DNA of 64,000 nt from Alphaproteobacteria bacterium (GCA_031274895.1 JAISPM010000021.1:141-64140), one strand, 5' to 3'; shown: positions 34,869 through 44,520, numbered from the stretch's first letter. Notes: generated by a model not told the origin, from the letters alone. Translations and numbers: made by a program.

Positions 34869-36995
34869 TTATTCCTTGGGATATTTAGATAGAATGCTAT
34901 CATATAATATTTTTAGTTTATCTATAGGGATTACACTAGAGGAGTTTGCTTGCACTTTTTTATCTAGTGGTAGAATCCAAATAGAGTGGTCATTTGTTGT
35001 ATCTAAATATAGAAGTTTTTCAGAGATTGATTTTAATTCTTTATAACCATTAATCCAACCAGAGTGTTTAAATAATAATGATATAAAGAAAAAATAATAA
35101 GCCCCAGATTCATTTAATATACTAGATTGTATATTATTTATTCCATCTAAAAATAGTTCATAGCTTTTATCTAAATCATCGTGTAAAAGATAAGCTAGTG
35201 CTAAGTATTTACAATATTGAAATATCCTATGAGTATCATTGTATCCTTTACTTATTTTAAATGCATATTCAAGATTTACAATAGCTTCAGGATACATTCC
35301 AATCATTATTTCTGCTCTTCCTAAATCATAAAGGCATCCTGTATATATAGGATAAGATTGTTCGTGGAACATATCTGTTTTATTATTAGATAATATTTTT
35401 TGAGCCTCTTTCCATTGTCCTTCACTATTTAAAATAATTCCTTTTAAATTATCTATATAGTATCCTAAAGTTATTTCACCCGAGGGTAATAATATCTTTG
35501 CTTCTTTTAACTCTTGATATGCTTTTTTGTAATAGTCTTTACCTAATCTTACTAAATATGTAGCAATATTGTAATGAGACCTTGCAACTCCACCAATATA
35601 TCCACACTCTTTTCTTAATTTTATGCTTTTATTATAACACTTAATAGACATATTAGGATTATTCATTTTTGCATAAATATTTCCTAATTGATTAAGAGAA
35701 TTTGCTTGGCTCCTAACATGCTTTAAACGAGAGTCATATTTATAGGATTTGTAATAATAATATAACGATTTAGAATAGTCTATTCTTTCTCGAAATAGAC
35801 CTCCTAATCTAAAACAGAAATCACCATATATTTTATTATAAAATTTTGGTGAAAATAAACTCTTATTTATTTGAAGAAAAGAGAGAGAATCTTTGCACAA
35901 TAAAATGAATTCATCATAATTTGTGCTTGTCTTATATCCTGATAATATTAACTGTTCCTTGATTGAAAATAGTAATTCTTTGTTTAAACAATTAACTTCT
36001 TTATAGGCGGTTTCCAAATATTTCTTACCAAGGGTATATTTAAAAAAAAGCTCATTACTCATTGCTCCTGCAATGTAGTCTTTAATATCTTTATGCTTAC
36101 TTTTCCAAATATTAAAAGTATCCTCCCAATTATAATCATGTTTTTTAATATCAATCTCAATGCCAAAACGATTATAAAATAAGTCTTTCATAAATTGGCA
36201 AGTGTTCACTTTTATAACAACCCCATTAACTAACTTATTTTTAAAAGGATTTTTTTCATACTCCCAATCTTTAATATCCTGAATAGTTACATCTTGTTTA
36301 TCGGTATAATCAATAACAATAACTTGTTTTGTAATATCAATTTCAGCAATATAATTACTAATATCAAATCTATCAGAAAAACTATATCCCATTATCAATA
36401 CAACATCATGATTACCAGAGGCATAAAGATGTTGGATTATACCTTTTCTTTCTTTAAATAGACTTTCTTGAGTAATTTTTTCAAGGGTTGTTCTAATAGA
36501 ATCTTGGTTATCTATTGTTCCATGAACTTTAAATAGTTGTTTTTTATTTGGGTTAGAAATATTAGAAAAATGCTCTTCTTTATAATATTTTTCATACTCA
36601 ACTTTTTCTTGCTGTAGAGCTTTTTCAATTAACAAATCAAAATTAGTAGTATAAATTTCATCCACCCAACTTTTATTCGTCATTTTTGCTATGATGGTAT
36701 GAATTGTATTAGGTTCTCCATATTTAAAAAAATCTAATAGAGAAAAGTCATTTTCAGTATAGCTTAAAACAGATTCAATTATTCTCTCAAAAGGAAAATC
36801 TGTTTCTTTAATTATTCTATTAATAAACTCTACATCTTCATTATCAAACAAAAAAGGCAGAAATTCTTCATAAAACTTATAAACTATTGGGACTCCTGAA
36901 TCAAGAGAAATTCCTGCACCACAAAAAATAGCAATTTTCTTTTCTGATAGCTCATTAATTATATTTTGGTATTGCTCAAAAATTGCATGTTCCAT
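34869..36995 (-). CDS. SIR2-like (SIR2_2-type) domain protein fused to C-terminal TPR repeats
   Basis: IAIFCGAGISLDSGVP, IYTTNFDLLIE, LFKVHGTID and VLIMGYSFSDRFD, followed by ~350 aa of TPR-like repeats. An ATG at 36995 is preferred, because the track start (GTG at 37040) overlaps trm112. The gene is very AT-rich. Confidence 0.75.
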   Translation of the reverse strand: MEHAIFEQYQNIINELSEKKIAIFCGAGISLDSGVPIVYKFYEEFLPFLFDNEDVEFINRIIKETDFPFERIIESVLSYTENDFSLLDFFKYGEPNTIHTIIAKMTNKSWVDEIYTTNFDLLIEKALQQEKVEYEKYYKEEHFSNISNPNKKQLFKVHGTIDNQDSIRTTLEKITQESLFKERKGIIQHLYASGNHDVVLIMGYSFSDRFDISNYIAEIDITKQVIVIDYTDKQDVTIQDIKDWEYEKNPFKNKLVNGVVIKVNTCQFMKDLFYNRFGIEIDIKKHDYNWEDTFNIWKSKHKDIKDYIAGAMSNELFFKYTLGKKYLETAYKEVNCLNKELLFSIKEQLILSGYKTSTNYDEFILLCKDSLSFLQINKSLFSPKFYNKIYGDFCFRLGGLFRERIDYSKSLYYYYKSYKYDSRLKHVRSQANSLNQLGNIYAKMNNPNMSIKCYNKSIKLRKECGYIGGVARSHYNIATYLVRLGKDYYKKAYQELKEAKILLPSGEITLGYYIDNLKGIILNSEGQWKEAQKILSNNKTDMFHEQSYPIYTGCLYDLGRAEIMIGMYPEAIVNLEYAFKISKGYNDTHRIFQYCKYLALAYLLHDDLDKSYELFLDGINNIQSSILNESGAYYFFFISLLFKHSGWINGYKELKSISEKLLYLDTTNDHSIWILPLDKKVQANSSSVIPIDKLKILYDSILSKYPKE

Positions 36996-37023
36996 TTCGT
37001 ATTGCCTAATTTTTTCATTGTTT

Positions 37024-37197
37024 TTACTCCGCAACCGCACTACTGCGCAACAACATCGGTATACCGTTATCTATAGGAAAAAACACTTTTGCTTTAGGCG
37101 AATAAAGCATATGTTTTTCCGCATTATACACCAACTCGCCACCGCTGATAGGACACTGTGCGATTTTTAACAATTCTAAAATTTCATCTTTTTGCAT
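37024..37197 (-). CDS. Trm112-family (UPF0434) small zinc-ribbon-like protein, 57 aa (below the ORF-track cutoff)
   Basis: My own translation is MQKDEILELLKIAQCPISGGELVYNAEKHMLYSPKAKVFFPIDNGIPMLLRSSAVAE. The ...CP..G.L...PIxxGIPxxL pattern is typical. Confidence 0.7.
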   Translation of the reverse strand: MQKDEILELLKIAQCPISGGELVYNAEKHMLYSPKAKVFFPIDNGIPMLLRSSAVAE

Positions 37198-37252
37198 GTT
37201 CAAACTCTATGTTTAATTTCAACAATAAAATTATAAGAATAATTAAAACATC

Positions 37253-37281
37253 TTGCAATTTAAAAAAAACTACATTACTAT
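37253..37281 (+). promoter_or_regulatory. Putative promoter of tRNA-Gly
   Basis: TTGCAA, 17 nt, then TACTAT, ending 17 nt before the tRNA 5' end. Confidence 0.35.
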
Positions 37282-37298
37282 TTCACTATCGTATTTAT

Positions 37299-37373
37299 GC
37301 GGGTATAGCTCAGAGGTAGAGCGCAACCTTGCCAAGGTTGATGTCGAGGGTTCAAATCCCTTTGCCCGCTCCA
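37299..37373 (+). tRNA. tRNA-Gly (anticodon GCC), CCA encoded
   Basis: Acceptor stem gcgggta/tgcccgc, D-arm agctcagaggtagagc, anticodon loop cttgccaag, T-arm gagggttcaaatccctt, and a 3' tCCA. Confidence 0.9.
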
Positions 37374-37472
37374 ATTTATAAATTTCCTATTATCTCTAAA
37401 AAAATATTCAGATTTAACATTTTTAATGTTATGATATAGCAAAACTCATCCAGCAAATAAAAGAGAATATCC

Positions 37473-38222
37473 GTGGCAGATAATAAAGATTTTTTCACCA
37501 ATTTTGGTTTCAAGAAAGTTCCCTTTAAAGAAAAAGCTAAACTTGTTAAAGATGTTTTTGATGGCGTGGCTTCAAACTACGACATCATGAACGATGCCAT
37601 GAGCTTAGGTATCCACCGTATTTGGAAAAAAGAGTTTGTTAAAATGATAATGCAAAATAGTCCAAAAACTCTTTTAGATGTTGGCGGCGGCACCGCAGAT
37701 ATATCGCTGGAATTTATTGAACATGGTGGACATAAAGCCTATGTGGTGGATATTAACGAAAACATGCTTATTCAAGGGAAAGACAAAGCTCTTAATCGTG
37801 GCTATGTATCTTCATTAGACTTTATTTGCGCTAATGCCGAAGAGCTGCCCTTTAAGGATAATTCCATGGATGCCTACGCCACCGCCTTTTGTATCCGCAA
37901 TGTCAGCGATATTCAAAAAGCCTTAAACGAGGCTTATCGGGTTTTAAAACCTAATACTAAGTTTTTTTGCCTAGAGTTTTCTCATGTGGAAAATGCGGCG
38001 GTTTCTAAGGTTTACGACGCTTGGTCGTTTAAAGCCATACCGCAAATCGGTAAACATATTGCCAAAAATGAAGATGCCTATCAATATTTGGTGGAAAGTA
38101 TTAGAAAGTTTCCTAATCAGGAAGATTTTGCTGATATGATTCGCACGGCAGGCTTTAAATCTGTGGGCTATAAAAATTTAAGTTTTGGCATTGCCTGCAT
38201 TCATTATGCTGAAAAAATCTAG
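37473..38222 (+). CDS. ubiE: Ubiquinone/menaquinone C-methyltransferase UbiE (GTG start)
   Basis: YDIMNDAMSLGIHRIWK, LDVGGGTADI and GIACIHYAEK motifs. Confidence 0.9.
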   Translation: MADNKDFFTNFGFKKVPFKEKAKLVKDVFDGVASNYDIMNDAMSLGIHRIWKKEFVKMIMQNSPKTLLDVGGGTADISLEFIEHGGHKAYVVDINENMLIQGKDKALNRGYVSSLDFICANAEELPFKDNSMDAYATAFCIRNVSDIQKALNEAYRVLKPNTKFFCLEFSHVENAAVSKVYDAWSFKAIPQIGKHIAKNEDAYQYLVESIRKFPNQEDFADMIRTAGFKSVGYKNLSFGIACIHYAEKI

Positions 38223-38234
38223 TGTGAGGATATT

Positions 38235-39704
38235 ATGGCTTTACTGCGATTCCTCTATTTAGGTTTACTTTTTACGCGCTACAACTGCTTTTTTATACTG
38301 GGGCTATTAAATTCTAAATGGTTATTCTTTTTTAATGTCCTTTATAATAAAAATTCCCAAAGGCAGGCTGTAAGATTCGCTGCATTTCTTTCCGCAGCCG
38401 GTCCTGTATTTATTAAACTTGCGCAAGCAATGTCCACCCGTGTAGACCTATTCAGTGGCGTTTATATAGAGGAGCTTAAAAAATTACGGGATAAAGTAAG
38501 TCCGATTCCTTTTAAACATATTGTCCGAGTGGTGGAAGCTGACTTTGGAATGCGGATAGATGAAATTTTTGCGGAAATAGAACCAACGGCTCTTGCAAGT
38601 GCCAGTGTGGCGCAGGTGCATAAAGCTAAGCTCCGTAGTGGTGAGGATGTTATTTTAAAGGTTATTAAGCCAAAAACTGCGAAACTCTTTAAGCAGGATA
38701 TTTCTTTATTAAAGTTGATTTTTGGTTTGTTGCAAAGTATGTCTAAACGTGGGCAAACCTCTAAACCTTTAAAATTAATTACCCACTTAGAAGATGTTAT
38801 GAAGCTGGAGCTGGACTTGCGTTTTGAAGCCGCCGCCATGGATGAACTGCGGGAAAACTTCTTAGAAGAAAGCATGATTTACATTCCAAAGGTTTATTGG
38901 AACTATGTTAGCAGTTCTTGCCTTGTGGAAGAATTTATCAACGGGGTTTCTTTAAATAATATAGATACAATAAAGCAAAATAATTACGACCTTGATAAAA
39001 TTACTAAAAATCTTGCCACGGTGTTCTTCTTGCAAGTGTTGCGCGATGGTTATTTCCATGGCGATATGCACTCGGGCAATATTTTTATTATGTCAAACGA
39101 GGTTATTGGTTTTGTAGATTTCGGCATTATGGGCAGAGTCTCGCCATCTTTAAGGAAATATCTGTTTGATGTTTTTTTAGCCTTTGTAAACAAAAATTAT
39201 AAAAAAGCCGCAGAGATTCACTTTAAAGCCGGATGGGTATCAAGTAAATATAATGTGGACGATTTTGCGCTGGCGTGTCGCTCAATTATGGCAAAATTGC
39301 TGGATAAACCGCAAAAAGATATAAAAATCGGTGAATTATTACGACAATTATTCATAATTGCCGGTAATTTTGAAATGGAGATTCAGGAAGACCTTTTACT
39401 GTTGCAAAAAAATTTAATGTATTTGGAAAATCTTGGCAGAGTTTTATCGCCCGAGCAGAATCTGTGGGTTTTGTCTAACGAAATTATCTCAAAAAATATT
39501 GATAAAAATCTTGCTTTTAAAGAGGCGATTGCTGATAAATATCATAAATTTATTGCAGATGTAATCCAAATAAAAAACAGCTTCAGTGAAAAAAATAAAA
39601 TATTAACGGAGCAAAATAATATTTTGGCAAATAATTCTAAATGGTTGAAGATTCTTGTGATATTAGCCATAGTTATGATTGGTTTATTAATTTTTAGGAC
39701 TTAA
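38235..39704 (+). CDS. ubiB: Ubiquinone biosynthesis regulatory kinase-like protein UbiB (ABC1 family)
   Basis: GPVFIKLAQAMSTRVDL, ASVAQVHKA and FHGDMHSGNIF. It follows ubiE and has a C-terminal TM helix. Confidence 0.88.
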   Translation: MALLRFLYLGLLFTRYNCFFILGLLNSKWLFFFNVLYNKNSQRQAVRFAAFLSAAGPVFIKLAQAMSTRVDLFSGVYIEELKKLRDKVSPIPFKHIVRVVEADFGMRIDEIFAEIEPTALASASVAQVHKAKLRSGEDVILKVIKPKTAKLFKQDISLLKLIFGLLQSMSKRGQTSKPLKLITHLEDVMKLELDLRFEAAAMDELRENFLEESMIYIPKVYWNYVSSSCLVEEFINGVSLNNIDTIKQNNYDLDKITKNLATVFFLQVLRDGYFHGDMHSGNIFIMSNEVIGFVDFGIMGRVSPSLRKYLFDVFLAFVNKNYKKAAEIHFKAGWVSSKYNVDDFALACRSIMAKLLDKPQKDIKIGELLRQLFIIAGNFEMEIQEDLLLLQKNLMYLENLGRVLSPEQNLWVLSNEIISKNIDKNLAFKEAIADKYHKFIADVIQIKNSFSEKNKILTEQNNILANNSKWLKILVILAIVMIGLLIFRT

Positions 39705-39755
39705 ATTCCCCTTTGCTGGCGAAGGGGTGGCTCCGTAGGAGATGGGGTAGTGGAA
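39700..39755. repeat. Type-A repeat, half copy A6 (forward)
   Basis: cttaaattcccctttgctggcgaaggggtggctccgtaggagatggggtagtggaa. The ubiB TAA stop (39702-04) lies in its first bases. Confidence 0.85.
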
Positions 39756-39780
39756 TAATAAATAAATTTTAGGTAAAAAA

Positions 39781-40224
39781 ATGCAAATAGATGTTAAAAT
39801 AAATATAGATAATTCTGCAACCGATTTAGGTCTGCCATTTTATGCTACCTCAGGGGCTGCAGGTGTAGATTTAAAAGCGAATATTACTGTAGATGTAATA
39901 CTAAAGCCCATGGAAAGAGTTTTAATTCCAACGGGAATTTCCATGGAATTACCTAATGGCTTTGAGGCGCAAGTGCGGTCGCGTTCGGGGTTGTCCATTA
40001 AAAATGGTGTAATTGTGCTAAATTCTCCGGGGACTATAGATAGCGATTATCGTGGTGAAATTGGTGTAATTTTAATTAATTTAGGCAGCGAATCATTCAC
40101 CATTAAAAGAGGGGATAGGATCGCGCAAATGGTAGTGTCGCAATATACTAAAGCTAATTTTGTAAGCGCAGACCTCAACAATACCCAAAGAGGGAGCGGT
40201 GGCTTTGGCTCCACAGGAATTTAA
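39781..40224 (+). CDS. dut: dUTP diphosphatase
   Basis: [19 protein letters not shown] and GDRIAQ, with C-terminal [10 protein letters not shown]. Confidence 0.92.
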   Translation: MQIDVKINIDNSATDLGLPFYATSGAAGVDLKANITVDVILKPMERVLIPTGISMELPNGFEAQVRSRSGLSIKNGVIVLNSPGTIDSDYRGEIGVILINLGSESFTIKRGDRIAQMVVSQYTKANFVSADLNNTQRGSGGFGSTGI

Positions 40225-40232
40225 GAGGGTAG

Positions 40233-42536
40233 ATGTTTAATAAATTATTAAATGTATTTTTTCGCAGTGTTCTTTATAAAAAGTTTTTTTTAAATAAAAA
40301 ATACAATTTATTTGAAACCCCTATAGATTTATCTATTTTTGATAGTATTAACTATACAGGATACTCTATTTTATACGATGAAATCGATGTTTTCGGCAAA
40401 AAATACACCCTGAAAGAATTTTTAAATATCGCAATTTTATCACCGCAGGTTTTAGAGTATCTGCATAGCTTTTATTGGCTTTCTAATCTAAAAGCTCTAT
40501 CTACGCCCGCAGCAAGCGATAAGGCGTATCATTTAATTGATGCTTGGAGTTCTAAATTTAAAAATTTTAATGCGCTTACTTGGCGGGAAGAAATTTTAGC
40601 AGAGCGGGTTTTTCAACTTACTCTTTATGGTAGCTTTGTTATTAAAAATAAAGATAATATCCAAAAGGCGAAAATCAAAGCCATTATTAACGCCAATGTT
40701 AATCATTTAATTAATTTATATAAACTGCATAAACTAAAAGTTTATAAACTACAAAATAAACTTAAAATGTCTAAGGCTTTGTTGGCTGTGATTTTTTCTA
40801 ACAAAACCGCTGCCTTAAATAAAAAATCAGCAGTGGAAAGACTGATTCGCAATATTGAGTTAGATATTAAAGAAAATATTTATAATGATGGCGGGCATGT
40901 TTCAAGAAATCCCAGCCGCACTTTAGCCTATCTGGAAGACTTGCTGCAGGTATATTATTTGCTGAAAGACAGAGAAGGCATAAACATTGACTTCATTCGC
41001 ACAACTATTGATAGAATTTCACTGTTTATCAGAAGTATGCGCCACCCTGATGGCTGCTTGGCTATATTTAACGGCGGACACGAATCCACAAAAATTAAAA
41101 TAGATTATCTGTTGGCACTTAGCCATGTTGCTACAAAACCATCCATGGTCTTGCGTGATAGTGGTTATACGAAACTTATCTCGCAACATACCGCAATTAT
41201 TTTTGATGTTGGAGCGAGGGTTAAAAATAATAATTCTTTGCTATCCTTTGAAATTGCTATTAATGATAAGAAAATTATTACAAATTTAGGCAATAATATC
41301 TTTGATGCCAACTATTCGTTTTTAAACAATGAACAAATGGCACGCACGCATAATTCTTGTTTGGTGTTAAAAATTAATAATCGCATATTATCTTTCGATT
41401 TAGGCGAATCTAACTTAAAAATTGAAAGACGCTCTGAAGACAACTGGGATATTATCCGATTCGTCTACACAGGTTTTAACAATATTGGAATCACTTATTA
41501 CAGAACCATTTACGTTTCTAAGCGAGACTACACCTGCGTGTTGGGCGAGGATATGATATCAGTGCAAAAAGGCTCGGAAACCATTATTCAAGAGGCATTT
41601 TTAAGGTTTCATTTGTCTCCTGAAATTAAATCGGTGGAACTGTATAAAAAATCTAAAATGGTGCTGTTTCCGCTTAATGGACATCGATATATTTTATCTT
41701 CAAGTGATAATAAAGTTGCCTTGTCTAAAAATGTCTATGCCGCAATTGAAGGTGAGTTAATTAATTGTTATACTATTGATATTCCTTTTAATTTAAATCA
41801 TAAAGTTATTAAAAACGAATGGAGTATTGCCATGGAAGAAGATATTAAGAAAATATCAGCCCCTGATACGGTTAAAATTTTAACGGTGGTGGATATGCAA
41901 AATTCCTTTTTGAAAGAGGATGGTATCTTAAGTGTAAAAAATGCAGAACCACTCATTGCAAAAACTAATAGTTTTTTTGATTCGCTCCCGCCTGATTTCT
42001 TTGAAGCCATTATATTTACCCAAGATACTCACTTTGCTAATGAGTATAAAGATTCTGCTGAAGCAGGAACTTTCCCGTTGCATTGCGAATATAATACAAC
42101 GGATTGGCAGTTATCCTTAGATATGGATAAGGTTAAAAACAAATCGCAAATTTACAAACTGTATAAAAATAAATTTAGCATGTGGGAAAATGGAGTTGCA
42201 GCGAGCAACTCTGTTGGTCTTGACTTTAAAAATTATTCCGTTTACAAAAATTTATATAAAGTATTAAATTCTGAAGATGAAGTGATTTTTGAAAATATGG
42301 ATGACTTATTAGCATCTTATAAAAATAAAAAAGTAGAAATTTATATAATGGGTGTGGCATCGGATTATTGTGTTAAATATGCTCTTGATGGCTATTTAAA
42401 AAAAGGATTTGGTGTTTCGGTTATTCAAGATTTAACCTGTGGTATAAATAAGGAAATCATTGATGTTTTAAAAGACGATTACGCAGGACATTCTGATTTA
42501 TTAAATATAAAATTGGTTAAAGCAAGCAATTTATAA
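40233..42536 (+). CDS. Heparinase II/III-like protein fused to a C-terminal nicotinamidase/isochorismatase (PncA-like) domain
   Basis: The N-terminal ~560 aa carry DGGHVSRNP and HPDGCLAIFNGG motifs of the heparinase II/III-like family. The C-terminal ~210 aa have ILTVVDMQNSF, FTQDTHF and IMGVASDYCV (cysteine-hydrolase D/K/C triad context). Confidence 0.65.
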   Translation: MFNKLLNVFFRSVLYKKFFLNKKYNLFETPIDLSIFDSINYTGYSILYDEIDVFGKKYTLKEFLNIAILSPQVLEYLHSFYWLSNLKALSTPAASDKAYHLIDAWSSKFKNFNALTWREEILAERVFQLTLYGSFVIKNKDNIQKAKIKAIINANVNHLINLYKLHKLKVYKLQNKLKMSKALLAVIFSNKTAALNKKSAVERLIRNIELDIKENIYNDGGHVSRNPSRTLAYLEDLLQVYYLLKDREGINIDFIRTTIDRISLFIRSMRHPDGCLAIFNGGHESTKIKIDYLLALSHVATKPSMVLRDSGYTKLISQHTAIIFDVGARVKNNNSLLSFEIAINDKKIITNLGNNIFDANYSFLNNEQMARTHNSCLVLKINNRILSFDLGESNLKIERRSEDNWDIIRFVYTGFNNIGITYYRTIYVSKRDYTCVLGEDMISVQKGSETIIQEAFLRFHLSPEIKSVELYKKSKMVLFPLNGHRYILSSSDNKVALSKNVYAAIEGELINCYTIDIPFNLNHKVIKNEWSIAMEEDIKKISAPDTVKILTVVDMQNSFLKEDGILSVKNAEPLIAKTNSFFDSLPPDFFEAIIFTQDTHFANEYKDSAEAGTFPLHCEYNTTDWQLSLDMDKVKNKSQIYKLYKNKFSMWENGVAASNSVGLDFKNYSVYKNLYKVLNSEDEVIFENMDDLLASYKNKKVEIYIMGVASDYCVKYALDGYLKKGFGVSVIQDLTCGINKEIIDVLKDDYAGHSDLLNIKLVKASNL

Positions 42537-42603
42537 GGAATAGCTTGCAGTTATTGAAAAAATTATTATAATATTAAATATATTTTAACTAGAGGATTCC
42601 ATA

Positions 42604-43596
42604 TTGAGAGAACCAAGAACTAGAAGAAGATCAAGGGGTGCAGACGGTCTTGATGATGTAAATATTGATAATTTATTTGGTAATGATGATGATGATATGT
42701 CTTCATTGGAAAGTGTTTTTAAAAGAAAAACCAACAATCCTTTTGACCAAAGCAGTGTTTTTGCCAAAGCCTTAGAAGAAACCGAACAAGAAGAATTAGC
42801 AAAAAAAGATACCAATGTGGTTTATTCCACCGGATACTCCATCCATTTGTTGACTCCTTATGTATTGATGTGTATAGCACTTTGTTTTGGCTTTATTATT
42901 GTAGACAATTATTTTTTCAATATCGTTGAGTATTTGTCGCAAGATATTAGATACAAACTGCCGTTCTATGGCACACTTACCCTTGTGGTTTTAGTGCTTA
43001 CATGGTTTTTCACCAAAAAATGTTTTGATTATATTAATTTTGTAATGTTTATGACAAAATACAAGGTTGTATATGGTTTAAAATTCATAAAAAAGAAACA
43101 GGAGCTTACTTTATTTTCTGTGGCGGAAACTTTAAATAAATCAGGAATGTTCGGTTATTTTCTTAATTATGGAAATTTAACATTTTATACTACTGCCAGA
43201 AGAAAATACACTTTTGATAGAATCCACGGTGCGCGTTATATTTTTGAAATAATTCAAGAATTGAAATACGGAAAAAGCAGAGGATTATTGCAAAACGAAA
43301 CCATTGAAAATATTCTTAGTGGTGGTAATGGTTCAAATGAAGAAGAAGAGAGTGAGGTAGAAGAAGGTTCATCTAAAAAGAAAAAATCTTCCGGCTCTTT
43401 AGATATGAACGACTTAACCAGCTTAGGTTTTACCGAAGAAGAATTAAGAGAGTTCGGTATGCTTCCTAAACCGAAAAAGCAAAAAGAAAATGCTGAAGAA
43501 GGTGAGGCTGAAGCTGATGTTATTGATGCCGATGCTGCAGAAGTATCCGTTGATGATAGTGGTTCCGGTCGTCGTCGTCGTTCGCGTAGAAAATAG
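42604..43596 (+). CDS. Membrane protein with a bacterial PH-like (YdbT/DUF304-like) core and charged disordered termini (TTG start)
   Basis: Two TM helices, then ...LTLFSVAETLNKSGMFGYFLNYGNLTFYT.... The N- and C-termini are acidic/basic low-complexity sequence. Confidence 0.4.
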   Translation: MREPRTRRRSRGADGLDDVNIDNLFGNDDDDMSSLESVFKRKTNNPFDQSSVFAKALEETEQEELAKKDTNVVYSTGYSIHLLTPYVLMCIALCFGFIIVDNYFFNIVEYLSQDIRYKLPFYGTLTLVVLVLTWFFTKKCFDYINFVMFMTKYKVVYGLKFIKKKQELTLFSVAETLNKSGMFGYFLNYGNLTFYTTARRKYTFDRIHGARYIFEIIQELKYGKSRGLLQNETIENILSGGNGSNEEEESEVEEGSSKKKKSSGSLDMNDLTSLGFTEEELREFGMLPKPKKQKENAEEGEAEADVIDADAAEVSVDDSGSGRRRRSRRK

Positions 43597-43597
43597 C

Positions 43598-43676
43598 CTC
43601 TAAATTCCCCTTCGCTCATTCTTATTCCCCTTCGCTGGCGAAGGGGTGCCTAACTTGTTTAGGCGGGGTAGTGGAA
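43598..43676. repeat. Type-A repeat, half copy A7 (forward) with a duplicated 5' module
   Basis: cctctaaattccccttcgct + cattcttattccccttcgctggcgaaggggtgcctaacttgtttaggcggggtagtggaa. Confidence 0.85.
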
Positions 43677-43704
43677 TTAATTTTAATATTATTAGGTCTA
43701 TAAA

Positions 43705-44520
43705 ATGCCCGAATTACCAGAGGTAGAGAACACTCGTATTTCTCTTTTACCGGTTAAAAATAGTAAAATAATTAATATCTATAGTGATGGTAAAAAACTT
43801 CGTCAAGATATTCCTACCAACTTACAAGAGATTGTTGGCTCAACCGTTCTTGATATTGGTCGTATCGCTAAATATCTGCTTTTTCATTTATCCAATCAAA
43901 AAACCATCATTTCGCATTTAGGCATGAGTGGTAAGTTTGTATACTCAAATAATGAAGATGTTGCCAAGCATGACCACGTGATTTTGTATTTTGATGGCGG
44001 TTATAATCTGAAATATAACGATCCACGAAGGTTCGGAGTTTTTCTTTTAGAAGATACTTTTGCTCTTAAAGACAAATATTTTTCAAATGTGGCGATGGAC
44101 GCCATAGAAAATGGGTTCACCGCAGAATATCTTTTAAACCGCCTGAACAAAATAAGCTCAAACATTAAAAATACATTGTTAAATCAAGAAATTGTGGCGG
44201 GAATCGGTAATATTTATGCCAGTGAGGCTCTTTTTGCCGCTAAAATCAGTCCCCTACGGGCGGCTAATTCTTTAAATATTACCGAGGCAGAAGTTTTGGT
44301 GGCGACAATTAAGGAAATTCTTAATCGTTCTATTAAATTAGGTGGTTCTACGCTCAAAGATTACCGCAAAGCTAATGGCGAAAGCGGCGATTTCCAAAAT
44401 CACTTCCTTGTTTATTCCAAAGAAAACCAACCCTGCCAACACGAGGGCTGCAAAGGCACCATCACCAAAATCACCCAAAACGGTCGCTCCACTTTCTACT
44501 GCCCGCTTTCGCAGAGGTAA
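43705..44520 (+). CDS. mutM: Formamidopyrimidine-DNA glycosylase
   Basis: MPELPEVE N-terminus, the H2TH region, and a C-terminal zinc finger CQHEGCKGTITKITQNGRSTFYCP. Confidence 0.92.
   Translation: MPELPEVENTRISLLPVKNSKIINIYSDGKKLRQDIPTNLQEIVGSTVLDIGRIAKYLLFHLSNQKTIISHLGMSGKFVYSNNEDVAKHDHVILYFDGGYNLKYNDPRRFGVFLLEDTFALKDKYFSNVAMDAIENGFTAEYLLNRLNKISSNIKNTLLNQEIVAGIGNIYASEALFAAKISPLRAANSLNITEAEVLVATIKEILNRSIKLGGSTLKDYRKANGESGDFQNHFLVYSKENQPCQHEGCKGTITKITQNGRSTFYCPLSQR

Noticed and set aside
34861-35046. The 61-aa plus-strand ORF at the 3' end of the SIR2-TPR gene, as a possible second system component.
   Set aside because: It is fully antisense to the SIR2-TPR coding sequence, has no RBS, and starts inside the type-A repeat. 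It is likely spurious.
36996-37040. Track start (GTG at 37040) for the SIR2-TPR ORF.
   Set aside because: It would overlap the 3' end of the Trm112 gene by 17 nt and add a basic 15-aa leader. The ATG at 36995 begins directly before the conserved SIR2 N-terminus.
16172-43676. The possibility that the recurring type-A/type-B repeats form a CRISPR array.
   Set aside because: Copies are kilobases apart and in both orientations. They are separated by intact housekeeping genes, not by regularly sized spacers, and there are no cas genes.
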